A stretch of 64,000 nt of DNA from an uncultured Phycisphaerales bacterium (GTDB taxonomy: Bacteria; Planctomycetota; Phycisphaerae; Tepidisphaerales; Tepidisphaeraceae), in NCBI GenBank assembly GCA_963758525.1, contig CAVWVQ010000003.1, positions 800,001 to 864,000 of the forward strand, read 5' to 3'. Each line of letters begins with the position of its first letter. The first letter of the stretch is position 1. Shown one piece after another: positions 48,792-59,448 of this stretch. The position numbers were made by a program, and so were the translations under genes. The notes below the pieces were generated by a model. That model was not told the origin of the DNA. It worked only from the letters and a program-made list of their open reading frames with translations, and searched no databases.

Positions 48792-51700
48792 CACAACTCC
48801 CGTTGAATTTCCTTTCTGCGCGTCCTGACGAATTCCATGACTGCCACGCCCGCTACCGCTCCCAAACCGAGCATGCAAACGGCGCACACCGTGGCGATGA
48901 GCTGGGCCCGCTCTCTGCGGGCGACGACAGTTGCTTCCGGACGCCTGCCGCCCAACCCATCACCTGCGACCGATGCCAGTTGCAGCACTTGAGCCATGTG
49001 CAGCGCGGTGCGACCCGTCTGCTGCTCGATCTGTTCCTGACAACTGAATCCGTCGGCAACGACCAATTCGTCTTCCCCGGCGTTTCTGACCTCAGGCAAC
49101 AGCAGCCGTTCCCCCGCGGCCACCCCGACTTCGTAGTGGTCGTTTTCCTTCTCATACCCAAACGCGCCGGCCATTCCGCAGCAGCCGGCGTCCGGGTGCC
49201 GATCCTCGATTCCCATTTTCTTGAAGATTTCCTTTTCGGCGAAGAGCTTGCCAAATTCCTTGTCGTTGAGCGTGTCGAGCGCTTTTTGATGACAATGTCC
49301 ATGGACAATCGCTTTTTTGCTCCATTTGGGGAGGGAATAATGCGGGGCTTTTGAGCGGAGAAAGTCACTGAGCGTGAACGTCAGCGACTTGAGCCGCTTG
49401 GCGTCTTCGCTGCTGGGCATCATGTTGGAAAGCTCATCCTGGAAAGCAGCCCAGCAGCTCGGTTCGAGCACCACCATCGGAATGCCGGCCTGGTAATAGG
49501 GACGCAGTTTGTCGAGAAGGTCGATCCACCAGCGTCTGGCCATATCCAAAAAGCCATAGTCATAAAGCGGTCGACCACAGCAAACATCCGCCATTGGGAC
49601 ATGGACGTGGAATCCGGCGTTCTCAAGCACCTCCGTGGCGGCGATGGCAACATCGGGATGGAAATAATTGTTGAATGTATCCGCGAAGAGGACCACCGGA
49701 CTGCCCGCGGGATTCTTCGGCTCGCGCGAGCGGAACCAGCGCTTGAATGGCTGGGGCGCAAAGGGAGGAATCCTGCGCCTGGGATGCACGCCTGCCAGCA
49801 GCTTGGCGAGGGAACGCAGCCCGGGCATCTGGGTGAAAAGATTCGCAACTGCCGGCGCAGGACGCAAGCGTCGCCCAGACGTGAATCCAGCCGAAGGCGT
49901 ACGCGTGTCTTGGCGCAGCCGGCCCTCGTAATAATGACTGAGGAATTCGGCCTTGTAGGTGGCCATATCGACATTGACCGGGCACTCTCCTTTGCAGCCC
50001 TTGCACGAGAAGCACAAATCCAGCGCGTCTTTCACCTCGTCGCTCTTCCACCCATCATCGATGACCTCGCCGTTCATCATCTCGAAGAGCATCCGCGCCC
50101 GACCGCGGGTGGAATGCTTTTCTTCGCGGGTGACCATATAGCTTGGGCACATGGTCCCGCCGCCTTCGCGCCGACAGGCGCCGACGCCGACGCAGCGAAG
50201 CGTAGCGCGGGCAAAGCTGTGCTGATCGCCGGTATACGCGAAATGGGTCGACGGCTGCGGCGGGTTGTAGTCGGGACCGATCCGGAGATTTTCTGTGATG
50301 CCATACGCGGGGCCGTCGAGGTTCACGACCTTCCCGGTGTTCATGCGATTGGTCGGATCCCAGATGCGCTTGAAATCCTTGAAGGCTTCAAACAGTTCGG
50401 CGCCAAACATCCGGGGCAGGAACTGGCCGCGGGCCTGCCCGTCGCCGTGCTCGCCGGAGGCAACGCCGCCGAACTTCACCACCAGGTCCACCGCTTCGTG
50501 CATGAACCTGGTGTACTTTTCGATGCCCGGCCTGGTGTAGAGATCAAACTGAGCCCGGCAGTGGATGCATCCCTGGCCCATATGCCCGTAGAGTGACGGG
50601 TTGTAATCATATTTATGAAACAACGCTCGCAGCTCGCGCAGGTATTGGGGCACTGCTTCAACCGGCACGGCGGAATCTTCCCAGCCTGGCCACGTGTCCG
50701 GCTGGCCCGGCACCCACGCCGTGCTTCCAAGACCTCCCTCGCGCACCGACCAGATCATCTGCTCCTGCTTGGGATCGTCATAGAGCTTCGAGTCCACCGG
50801 CGCCCGCTCGCCTAAACCCCTGACGTGATCGAGCATCCGCCGCGTCTGCTCATCGCTGTCCTCTTTTGATTCACCGCCAAACTCCACCAGTAAAAACGCC
50901 GGCCCCTTGGGTAGGATTGCGAGGCTTGCGTTTTCGTCGCCCTTTTTCTTCACATATTCAAAGAGCAACTCATCGAGTCCTTCACAGGCGGTTGGCTCGA
51001 ACTTGAGCACCTCCAACGCGCACTCGGCCGCGGTATAAATGTCCTTGAAACCCAACATCGCCACAGTGCGCGCCTTCGGCGCCGGAACCAGATGAAGCGT
51101 GGCTTCCAGGATTGTCACCAGCGTCGATTCGGATCCAACCAGTGCCCGCGCGACGTTGAAGCCATTCTCCGGCAACAGGTCATTGAGGTTGTAGCCCGAT
51201 ACGCGCCGTTCCAGTTTCGGAAACTTTTCGCGAATGAGTTTTCCGTAGCGATCCACGAGATTTTTGAGACCCGCATAAATCTCCGCGGGCCGGCCGCCGC
51301 CTCGGATGTGGGCCTCTAGCATTTCCGGCGACGTGGGGCCGACATGCATTCGCGTTCCGTCGTAAAGCAGAATGTCCAGCGCGTGCGTGTTGTCGCTCAT
51401 GCGCACGCCAAAGCCATGCTTCTTGCTCAGCAACGAGTGGCTGCCGCAGGAATTATTCCCGAGCATTCCCCCAATCGTGCATCGGCTGTGCGTCGCTGGA
51501 TCGGGGCCGAAGAACAGCCCCGCCTGCTTTTTTGCCGTTTCGCGAAAATGGTCGAGCACACAGCCTGGCTGCACGTGCCCGAGGCGCTTTTCCGCGTCGA
51601 TTTTCACCACCTGATGCATGTACTTGGAGAAATCCATCACGACGGCGACATTGCAGCACTGCCCGGCCAGACTCGTCCCCCCGCCGCGCGCGAGGATCGG

Positions 51701-51982
51701 CGCGCCGTGCTGGCGGGCGAGGCGGACCGTGGTTTCAACATCCTGCACGTGACGGGGAACCACCACGCCGATCGGCGCCTGGCGGTAGTTGGAGCCGTCG
51801 GTCGCGTAGAGGGCGCGTGTCCCCTTATCGAAGCGCACCTCGCCGTCGATCGATTGCTTCAACGCCTCCGCTAATGCCGTGGCTGCGTCAACCGGCAGCG
51901 CCGTGCGCGAATCATCTTTGTAACTGCGCTGCAGTCGCGGTCTTTCATCCTGCCGGCGAAGAACTGTTAGACTTCTGCTCAT
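48791..51982 (-). CDS. FAD-linked oxidase fused to 4Fe-4S and CCG domains (GlcD/GlcF, D-2-hydroxyacid dehydrogenase-like); compensating frameshifts near 49860-49920
   Basis: RGGGTSLAGQ, GEHGDG, CVGVGAC, CFSCKGCKGECP, two CCG motifs; the conserved-looking PRHAYAFGWIH segment lies in another frame. Confidence 0.92.
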   Translation of the reverse strand: MSRSLTVLRRQDERPRLQRSYKDDSRTALPVDAATALAEALKQSIDGEVRFDKGTRALYATDGSNYRQAPIGVVVPRHVQDVETTVRLARQHGAPILARGGGTSLAGQCCNVAVVMDFSKYMHQVVKIDAEKRLGHVQPGCVLDHFRETAKKQAGLFFGPDPATHSRCTIGGMLGNNSCGSHSLLSKKHGFGVRMSDNTHALDILLYDGTRMHVGPTSPEMLEAHIRGGGRPAEIYAGLKNLVDRYGKLIREKFPKLERRVSGYNLNDLLPENGFNVARALVGSESTLVTILEATLHLVPAPKARTVAMLGFKDIYTAAECALEVLKFEPTACEGLDELLFEYVKKKGDENASLAILPKGPAFLLVEFGGESKEDSDEQTRRMLDHVRGLGERAPVDSKLYDDPKQEQMIWSVREGGLGSTAWVPGQPDTWPGWEDSAVPVEAVPQYLRELRALFHKYDYNPSLYGHMGQGCIHCRAQFDLYTRPGIEKYTRFMHEAVDLVVKFGGVASGEHGDGQARGQFLPRMFGAELFEAFKDFKRIWDPTNRMNTGKVVNLDGPAYGITENLRIGPDYNPPQPSTHFAYTGDQHSFARATLRCVGVGACRREGGGTMCPSYMVTREEKHSTRGRARMLFEMMNGEVIDDGWKSDEVKDALDLCFSCKGCKGECPVNVDMATYKAEFLSHYYEGRLRQDTRTPSAGFTSGRRLRPAPAVANLFTQMPGLRSLAKLLAGVHPRRRIPPFAPQPFKRWFRSREPKNPAGSPVVLFADTFNNYFHPDVAIAATEVLENAGFHVHVPMADVCCGRPLYDYGFLDMARRWWIDLLDKLRPYYQAGIPMVVLEPSCWAAFQDELSNMMPSSEDAKRLKSLTFTLSDFLRSKAPHYSLPKWSKKAIVHGHCHQKALDTLNDKEFGKLFAEKEIFKKMGIEDRHPDAGCCGMAGAFGYEKENDHYEVGVAAGERLLLPEVRNAGEDELVVADGFSCQEQIEQQTGRTALHMAQVLQLASVAGDGLGGRRPEATVVARRERAQLIATVCAVCMLGLGAVAGVAVMEFVRTRRKEIQREL

Positions 51983-52166
51983 TCCAAATACTCCGATTGT
52001 TCTGTTGCAGAGTCAGATTTACAGATTCCCCCCGCGGCAGGCAGCGGGCAAAATGCCTGAGAACTTCCCATCCAACCAAGCTGAACCGGTGGAGTCCTTG
52101 CGACTACGCGACGCGGCTGGCGAAAGATAGAGAGCGCGTTCGTGGAATCGCAGATGGGACCCAAAT

Positions 52167-52970
52167 ATGTTCGCACCACGACCGACAGCGCGTCCGGAAA
52201 TTGTTTGGCTCGGTGCCACGATGACATGGATCGCCGGCTTCGTGGATGCGATCGGTTATCTCACGCTTCGCGAAATTTATGTTGCGAATATGAGCGGAAA
52301 TACGGTTGGCGTCGCCATCCATCTGGCGCACCGCGATTGGAGCCAGGCGTGGCGCCACGCCTGCCCCTTGCTGGCATTCGTGCCCGGGCTCATCGCTGGC
52401 GATGCACTGGTCGAGTTGTATAAGCGGAAAAAGCGGCGAGCGCCGCTCACGCCCGCGCTGGTCGCGGAGGCGGCCGGGCTGGGGCTGTTCATCTTCATTG
52501 CCCATCGATCGATGCCGCCTCACAGCATAGTTGAGCCGTACAATCAGTTTGCCTATGCGCTCCTGGTCGGACTGCTCGCCTTTTCGATGGGATTACAAAA
52601 CGGGGCACTCCGTCGGATCGGCGGATTGCGTGATGTTCACACCTACGTCACCGGCACACTGCTGGCCGCTGCGCATGGCTGCACGAACTATTTGTTCTGG
52701 GTTTCCCGCCGATTGCGAAAGCTGCCCCGCCGCGGGATTGGTCAGATGCTGCGCTATTCGCCGCGCCACCGCTCTCTAAGAGCCGCATCTTTCGCCGCAC
52801 TGCTTTGGATTTTGTATGTCCTCGGTGCACTCTGCGGCGCGATCGCGGTTTCCAGGTATGGAATTGACGTCCTTATCTTCGCGATCGCAATTCTGCTTCT
52901 TATCGCACTTGTGGACAGCATCAGGCCCGCGCAACGTCAGGCAATCACCAACTCATCCAGCCCGCCCTGA
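52167..52970 (+). CDS. YoaK/DUF1275 membrane protein
   Basis: IAGFVDAIGY..YVANMSGN and MGLQNG..TYVTG. Confidence 0.88.
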   Translation: MFAPRPTARPEIVWLGATMTWIAGFVDAIGYLTLREIYVANMSGNTVGVAIHLAHRDWSQAWRHACPLLAFVPGLIAGDALVELYKRKKRRAPLTPALVAEAAGLGLFIFIAHRSMPPHSIVEPYNQFAYALLVGLLAFSMGLQNGALRRIGGLRDVHTYVTGTLLAAAHGCTNYLFWVSRRLRKLPRRGIGQMLRYSPRHRSLRAASFAALLWILYVLGALCGAIAVSRYGIDVLIFAIAILLLIALVDSIRPAQRQAITNSSSPP

Positions 52971-54128
52971 AAGTCTGTCAGCAGTTCCGGCCCATTCGCG
53001 CCGCAAGCCACCATCTCGCACTGCCGCATCCCGCAGTCTCCGGCGACGTAAATCGCCGGTTCGACGTTGAACACCATTCCCTCCCGCAAAACGTCGGGCG
53101 AGAGCGGATGCAGCCGTGGCCTGGCATTGTGATTGATTGCCGCGAACCCTACGCCATGGCCCAGAGGGTTCTTGAATTCCTCGCCGAAGCCGCGCGTTTC
53201 CATCAGGCTCCTCGCCGCCCGATCGACGTCAGCGCATCGCGCATCGGGATGAATCGCGGCCAGCGCCGCTTCGCGCGCGGCAAAGATCGCTTCATACATC
53301 GCCCGTTTCTTCGACTCCGGCTCGCCCAGATAAAACGTGCGGGTAATGTCGGTCCAGTAGCCATTGACGTGCGAGTTGAAATGCACCAGAACGGTGTCTC
53401 CCGCACATAACTTCCGATCGCGCGTGTGTTGAAAGAACTTATACGCCTCGGCCGCGTTTGGGCCCGACATGCAATATGCAAACCCATCGCAACGATCGTC
53501 GGGTTTCGGACGTTGCATCAGTTGCCCGCGCACCTGCGCCGCCACCTGCGTTTCGCTGTCTCCAGGACGAATGACTTCGCGCGCAACTGCGAATGCCCGC
53601 GCCGCCGCGGTGCATGCGTTTCGAATGCTGCGGATTTCCTGCGCGGTATTGATCAGCCGCAATTCCTCCAGCAGGCCGTCCGCAGGCTCGATCCGCGCGC
53701 GGCGCGATGGCACGGAGCATCTCAGCCATGCTTCCGCCGAAACTCGTCATCGCGGCATATGGCGCCGGCTGCACCCACGGGCCGCTTGCAAACCCGATGC
53801 GGGAATTCCCCAGCTTCAGCTTCTGCAGCAGGTCGCCGAGCCTTGGCTGGATCACCTCCGTCAACGACCGAAGATGCTTGAGCGATCCCAGCTCATAACC
53901 AATAACCGAATCCGCCCATCCGCGCTCCGCGAACGGCACCGCTCCTTCCGGCGATAGAAGGGTTACGGAATCCGAGGTGGCGACAGCCAGTGTGTTTCCC
54001 GCAATGGGCCAGTACCCGCTGAGCATCAACACATCACTGGGAAGCGCGCAGACGAGCGCATCGAGCCCGCATTCGAGCATTTGCCGACGAGTGAGTTCGA
54101 TTCGTTCTGTATCTCGATCGGATTGCAT
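52937..54128 (-). CDS. M24 family (Xaa-Pro) metallopeptidase, frameshift near 53700
   Basis: Creatinase-like N-terminal domain; GYWTDITRTF, LGHGVG, FNVEPAIY, MRQCE. Confidence 0.85.
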
Positions 54129-54382
54129 TGTGTGCCCCCCCGCCGTGCGATGCATGCCCAGCGAATCGCGACTCCAAGACCAGCATACTGATTCCAGCGC
54201 AGGCGCAAGCGCACAACAATTGCGCCGAACAGTTCGCACTCCTTCGCACTCCTGCGCGGGTGTTCCGACGCAAGCCCGAAGGTTTTTGCGCATTGTGCGC
54301 CTCTCGCTGGCGCGTGTATGTTGCTCGTGCAAGCAGCGCCTGCCATGCCCGGCGAACCTATCTTCATGGCAAAACGAATTCC

Positions 54383-56212
54383 GTGACGGATCGAGCGACT
54401 CCAACCATTGACGACTACGCGATCATCGGCGACTGCCGATCGGCAGCGCTGATCTCGCGCGATGGCGCGCTCGACTGGCTCTGCTGGCCGCGATTCGACA
54501 GCCCCGCGATTTTCGCCGGCTTACTTGATCCGGACCGTGGCGGGCGCTGGGAAATCGCCCCCCGCGGGGAGTTTCAATCGAGTCGTCGGTATCTGCCCAA
54601 CACCAATGTCCTGGAGAACCGGTTTCAGACGGACAGCGGGGTGATGACGCTTACCGATTTCATGCCGGTGGCCGATGAGCGATACTACCAGCGGCATCTG
54701 ATTCCCGATCGTTCGATCATCCGGCTGCTGCGCTGTGAAAGCGGAACAGTCGTGGTCCGGATCCGTTTTGCCGCGCGGCCCGATTTCGGGCGGCGTCGAG
54801 CCACCATCGTCGATCGCGGGAAGCTCGGCCTGCGGATGAACACCGGCGGAAATGGAATGCTGGCGTTGCATTCCTCCATTGCTTTTGAGCTCGATGACGG
54901 CGTGGCAAACGCCACCCTGTCGATGAACGCCGGCGATGAAATTCCGCTCATCCTGACGTACGCCGAATCCTCACCGGAAGTGCTGCCCGTCCTCAGCCAC
55001 GCTGCAGCATCGCTGGCGCGTACGGTTGAGTGGTGGGAAGCCTGGTCTGCAGGCATGACATACGACGGTCCGTACCGGGATGCCGTGATGCGGAGTGTCC
55101 TCACCCTCAAGCTTCTGGAATATCCCGCCAGCGGTGCATTCGTTGCCGCGCCGACCACCTCGCTTCCCGAGCGGGTTGGAGGGGATCTCAACTGGGACTA
55201 TCGCTACTGCTGGCTCCGCGACGCCTCGCTGATGATCGAGGCCCTGACCGGAACCGGCTTTGTCGTCGAGGCAGAGGCCTTCGCGGAATGGATGATGTAT
55301 TCCACTCGTCTTACGCAGCCAAGGTTGATGGTGGCGTACGACGTGCATGGCAACCACATCCCAAAGGAGCGGCCGTTGAGCTGGCTCGCCGGCTACCGCA
55401 ACTCCTCGCCGGTCAATATCGGTAACGCAGCCCGTACACAAACTCAATTGGATACTTACGGTGAAGTGGTTTCCGGCGTGGCGAAGCTGCTGAAGCACAA
55501 AGGGCAGGTTGCCGATCGCGCAACCTCCAAAGTCCTCGCGGGGTTCGGCAAATACGTATGCAAGCACTGGTGCGACCCGGACTCCGGAATCTGGGAAGAG
55601 CGCGGAAAGCCGGTCGTCCACACGCATTCCAGGCTGATGTGCTGGGTAGCGCTGGACGCGTTGATCGATCTGCATGAGCACGGGCTGATCTGCCGGATTC
55701 CGATCGACGAATTCGTGCGCGTGCGCGCGGTCATCCGCCGATCCATCGAATCTGAAGCGTGGTTCGCGACCGCCGCGACGTACTCCAGTCAACCGGGAAA
55801 GCTCAAGATCGATGCCGCCCTTCTGCGAATGGCGATCCATGGTTTCGACGACGCTTCGAGCGAGCGGATGCGCCAGACCTGCGACCGGATATGTCGCGAG
55901 CTGGGCGCCGGCGGGGCACTGCTGTACCGGAACCTTCCCGCTGATGGCAAGCCAGATCAGGGAGCATTTGGGATATGCGGCTTCTGGAAAGCCCAATTCA
56001 TCGCCATCGGGGGTGGATCCTTGATGCAAGCGGAAAGTGACTTCGCCACGCTCCTTGGAACGGCCAACGATCTTGGCTTGTTTGGCGAGGAAACCGACCC
56101 GGTTTCCGGGGCTGCATTGGGAAACTTTCCCCAGGGGTTCACGCATGTTGGGCTGATTAACGCGGCGATGGCAATCGAGACACGACGACGCTGCGGGACG
56201 GGTAAGCAATGA
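54383..56212 (+). CDS. Glycoside hydrolase family 15 (trehalase/glucoamylase-like)
   Basis: IDDYAIIGDCRSAAL, PTTSLPE..GGDLNWDYRYCWLRD, GIWEER, LGNFPQGFTH. Confidence 0.93.
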   Translation: MTDRATPTIDDYAIIGDCRSAALISRDGALDWLCWPRFDSPAIFAGLLDPDRGGRWEIAPRGEFQSSRRYLPNTNVLENRFQTDSGVMTLTDFMPVADERYYQRHLIPDRSIIRLLRCESGTVVVRIRFAARPDFGRRRATIVDRGKLGLRMNTGGNGMLALHSSIAFELDDGVANATLSMNAGDEIPLILTYAESSPEVLPVLSHAAASLARTVEWWEAWSAGMTYDGPYRDAVMRSVLTLKLLEYPASGAFVAAPTTSLPERVGGDLNWDYRYCWLRDASLMIEALTGTGFVVEAEAFAEWMMYSTRLTQPRLMVAYDVHGNHIPKERPLSWLAGYRNSSPVNIGNAARTQTQLDTYGEVVSGVAKLLKHKGQVADRATSKVLAGFGKYVCKHWCDPDSGIWEERGKPVVHTHSRLMCWVALDALIDLHEHGLICRIPIDEFVRVRAVIRRSIESEAWFATAATYSSQPGKLKIDAALLRMAIHGFDDASSERMRQTCDRICRELGAGGALLYRNLPADGKPDQGAFGICGFWKAQFIAIGGGSLMQAESDFATLLGTANDLGLFGEETDPVSGAALGNFPQGFTHVGLINAAMAIETRRRCGTGKQ

Positions 56213-56679
56213 TGGTGCTCCGATGGATATATTGGGGCGTGATTGCCACTCTCGCGCAAATGATCTTTGAGGCGGCAATGGTGGGGCTCCATCTGACTCG
56301 CATGAGCATGCCCATGCTGGTTGGCACGATGTGGACGCCCGATCGCGCGCGGGCAGAAGTGATCGGATTTGTCACACACATCGTGAACGGCATCTTTTTC
56401 ACTCTCGTGTACGTGACGGCGTTTCACTTCATCGGCGCCGGCGGCTGGTGGCGCGGCGGGCTGATCGGTCTGGCGCAGGCGGCGTTCCTTCTCCTCGTCG
56501 GTATGCCGATGCTCCCCTCCATTCACCCGCGCATGACCAGCGAGCGCTGCGGACCGACGGCGAGGCGTCAGCTCGAGCCGCCAGGATTTCTGGCGTTGAA
56601 TTACGGCGTGAACACACCGGTCGCGATTGTGGTGTCGCACATCATCTTTGGAGTGGTGATCGGCGCATTTTGCCCTTGA
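56209..56679 (+). CDS. Four-TM membrane protein coupled to the GH15 gene
   Basis: ATGA overlap; hydrophobic segments; IHPRM..EPPGF. Confidence 0.75.
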   Translation: MMVLRWIYWGVIATLAQMIFEAAMVGLHLTRMSMPMLVGTMWTPDRARAEVIGFVTHIVNGIFFTLVYVTAFHFIGAGGWWRGGLIGLAQAAFLLLVGMPMLPSIHPRMTSERCGPTARRQLEPPGFLALNYGVNTPVAIVVSHIIFGVVIGAFCP

Positions 56680-56758
56680 GCGGATCGCCGCCCGATCGCC
56701 GCCCGACGGAAAATGCTGCGGGGCGTGGAATGTCTCCTTCAATCCTTTCAACAGTCAG

Positions 56759-58269
56759 TCATTGCCGCACGATCGTGGGACCCTTCGATTTGCCGTCGCC
56801 GCGCCGCCGCGCGCCGTCATCCGCCGCGCCTTTCTGTTGTTGTGCCCGTTCGTGCGCCTCGTCCCGCTCCCGCAGTGAATCGTAAATTGGCGGATTTCCC
56901 AGCAGTTCCGGTATCGCGTACGAAGTGACCGAAGCAGCCATCATGGGCAGGATCAGCGGCCAGCTCCCGGTCATTTCCAGGAGCAGAACCACCCCGGTCA
57001 GCGGTGAGCGCACGACGGCCGTGAAGCAGGCGGCCATCGCAACGATGGCATACGGAGCCGGATCGTACGACTGGTGAAACAAGCTCGATTCGGCTGCCGC
57101 GAAGGCGCTGCCAAGCAATGCACCCAGCGCCAGCAGCGGAGCGAAAATGCCGCCGGGCGCGCCACTGCTATAGGAGGCGATGGTCAGCACGAACCGCGCG
57201 AGCAGCAGGCAGCTAAGAACTTTCCATGGAATGCTGGTCACAATGGCGGATTGCGCGACGGTTTCACCCCCGCCGACCAGAGCCGGCGCGAACCATGCAA
57301 GCAGCCCTGCCGCCGCCCCCACTACCGCGCCTTCGCGCTGCGCGGCCAGCGCGCCGCCCGGTCTGCCATCTTCATTCCCCGGATCAGGGCCAGATTGAAT
57401 GCGACCCCAAGCAATCCTGCCAGCAATCCCAACAGCAGATAACCGGGCAACACGTCGGCGGGGAGCACGGTCAATCGCAAGCTTCCGAATTCTGTCACGT
57501 TTCCCAGCATCAGTCGCAGAACGACGGTACCCGTGATGCAGGCCACCAGCGTGGCACTGAAGACGCGGGCGGAAAAGCGGTGTAACAGTTCCTCGACGAC
57601 AAAGATCACCGCCGCCAGCGGCGCGTTAAACGCCACGGCAAGTCCCGCGCCGGCGCCGGCGGCAATCAGCGTCCAGGGCTCGGGGAGGAAGCGCTTCAGG
57701 CCGTCGCTCACGAGGCGGCCGATCGTTCCTGCCATTTGAACGGTGGGTCCCTCCCGTCCCAGCGCCAGTCCGCTGCCGATCCCCAGCGCCCCGCCGATGA
57801 ATTTGACGGGGACGATCCAGAGGGCCGCTGGTCGAAGGTGGTGCCGCAGGACCGATTCAACGCGCGGGATTCCGCTCCCCGCGGTCTGCGGAGCAAGCCG
57901 CTGCGTGAGGTAACTGGCTGCCGCCGCGCCGGCGGCGCAAAGCGACATTGGAATCACCCATCCGAACCACCACAGCCCGTGGTGATGCGCCCAGAGGGCC
58001 ATTTCGGTTCGATAGTGCGCGAGCAGTGTCAGCACCATCCGAAATGCGCCGCCGACCACGCCTGCCAGAGCGCCTACCAGCGCAGCCACAATCATCAGGA
58101 AAAGCCACTGCCCAGGACGTGATGGCAGTCGATCCTCGTCGTCTGCAATGGTCTCCAGCTTCTGCGCGGCAAGTTGAGTCTTCGTCAGCACAAGCGGTAT
58201 GCCAGGCGGCCGGCGGCGCAGTCGGCGGAGCGGGTTCCGGAAATATGGCGCTTTCACAGCGGACTGCAC
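56759..58269 (-). CDS. clcA: ClC family H+/Cl- exchanger, frameshift near 57325
   Basis: GSGIP, GREGP (gating Glu), FVVEEL (proton Glu), GGIFAP, PIY. Confidence 0.9.
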
Positions 58270-58574
58270 TCCTCTTCAACTTGCCCCGACGGCACTACTG
58301 AACGATCCGTCAGATCGATAGCGGCACGACTCCCGCCGCGCCTCGTGACCGGATCCATCCTTGCTGGCCGGCCAACATAACTCGTTTGGCAAGTTCCGGC
58401 CCCATGCAATACCCAGCGCGTCACAGGGATTGAGCGCACGGCGAAAGGTTGAAATGGCTGTTGCACTGACGTTGGCCAGCCCGTTCTCCCTTGCCAGAAA
58501 CGGGGTCGTCCACTTGAGAGAGACACCGGGAAACCGCCCAATCTGCTTCAGGTTTTTGCCGGGTGCGCGAAACC

Positions 58575-58591
58575 TCGGCGCTCCTTTTGCA
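58575..58591 (+). promoter_or_regulatory. Candidate sigma-54 -24/-12 promoter
   Basis: TCGGCGCTCCTTTTGCA has GG-N10-GC spacing, ~100 nt upstream of ORF 58693. Confidence 0.35.
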
Positions 58592-58692
58592 TTCTCTTTT
58601 TTGGCGGAGACGTTTCCGCCGCACGCAGCAGCCACCGCCGAAAAGCGACCGAGCTCGGCTGCGTTGAATACTATTTTTTTGGAGGTCTTATC

Positions 58693-59316
58693 ATGGTCAG
58701 CGAGAATCCAAGCAATGTTGCAACTCGCTCTGACCGCGGCATCATCGCGGAAGAGACAATTGTTGCGGCATCTACCGGCGTGAATAATCTTGACGAGTAT
58801 CCGCTCCCTTCTTTCTGGGGATCGATCGTAGCCGGCGCGGTGGTCGTCATGAGCATCGGCGCCTTGTCCGAGTGCCTTATGTTCGCTTGCCGCGTTGGAA
58901 CGTACGGCAACGGTCAGGTCTACCTGGGCGCTGGAGCTGCATTCTGGATGTTCATCACCACCTGCGTCGCGTTCTTCTTCGGGGGAATGGTCGCGAGCCG
59001 ACTCAGCTTGCGCGGCGGCTGGATGCGAGGGCTGACGGTGTGGGCGTTCACTCTTCCCCTGCTGATGCTCGTCACCGCCTTCATCTCCGGCGGAGCGGGC
59101 CTCGGGTTCGTCCATAACACGCGCATCGCCGAGGAGGTCATCACCAATAACCACATCACCACCTTCTACGGCGGGGGCTCGTTCGTGAGCTACGGCGGTG
59201 TGTGGAGCGGATTTATCCTGCTTGCCTTAGGACTGATTTTCAGCCTCGTCGGCGCGTACATGCCCAGCGCAAGTCAAACGGATAGATTCGGCGCCGGGGT
59301 CAACAGGGCCGCGTAA
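58693..59316 (+). CDS. Four-TM membrane protein, unknown function
   Basis: RBS GGAGG; WGSIVAG, FFFGGMVASRL..GLTVWA. Confidence 0.75.
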   Translation: MVSENPSNVATRSDRGIIAEETIVAASTGVNNLDEYPLPSFWGSIVAGAVVVMSIGALSECLMFACRVGTYGNGQVYLGAGAAFWMFITTCVAFFFGGMVASRLSLRGGWMRGLTVWAFTLPLLMLVTAFISGGAGLGFVHNTRIAEEVITNNHITTFYGGGSFVSYGGVWSGFILLALGLIFSLVGAYMPSASQTDRFGAGVNRAA

Positions 59317-59338
59317 GTTCAGGATCACCTTGACATTT

Positions 59339-59367
59339 CCGAGGTGCGCCTCTGTGGCGCACCTCGG
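59339..59367. terminator. Perfect 12-bp hairpin between convergent genes
   Basis: CCGAGGTGCGCC-N5-GGCGCACCTCGG; no U-tract. Confidence 0.45.
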
Positions 59368-59448
59368 GGGACAAGCAGTGGCGCTCAGCAAGGCCGAGAT
59401 TCTGTTTGTAGACGGGTTACCCTGGTTCATCCGAAGCCGCAGCAGTTG

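Noticed and set aside
58385..58410. Sigma-54 promoter for clcA on the minus strand
   Set aside because: GG-N10-GC spacing is present but the -24 context is poor; likely chance in GC-rich DNA
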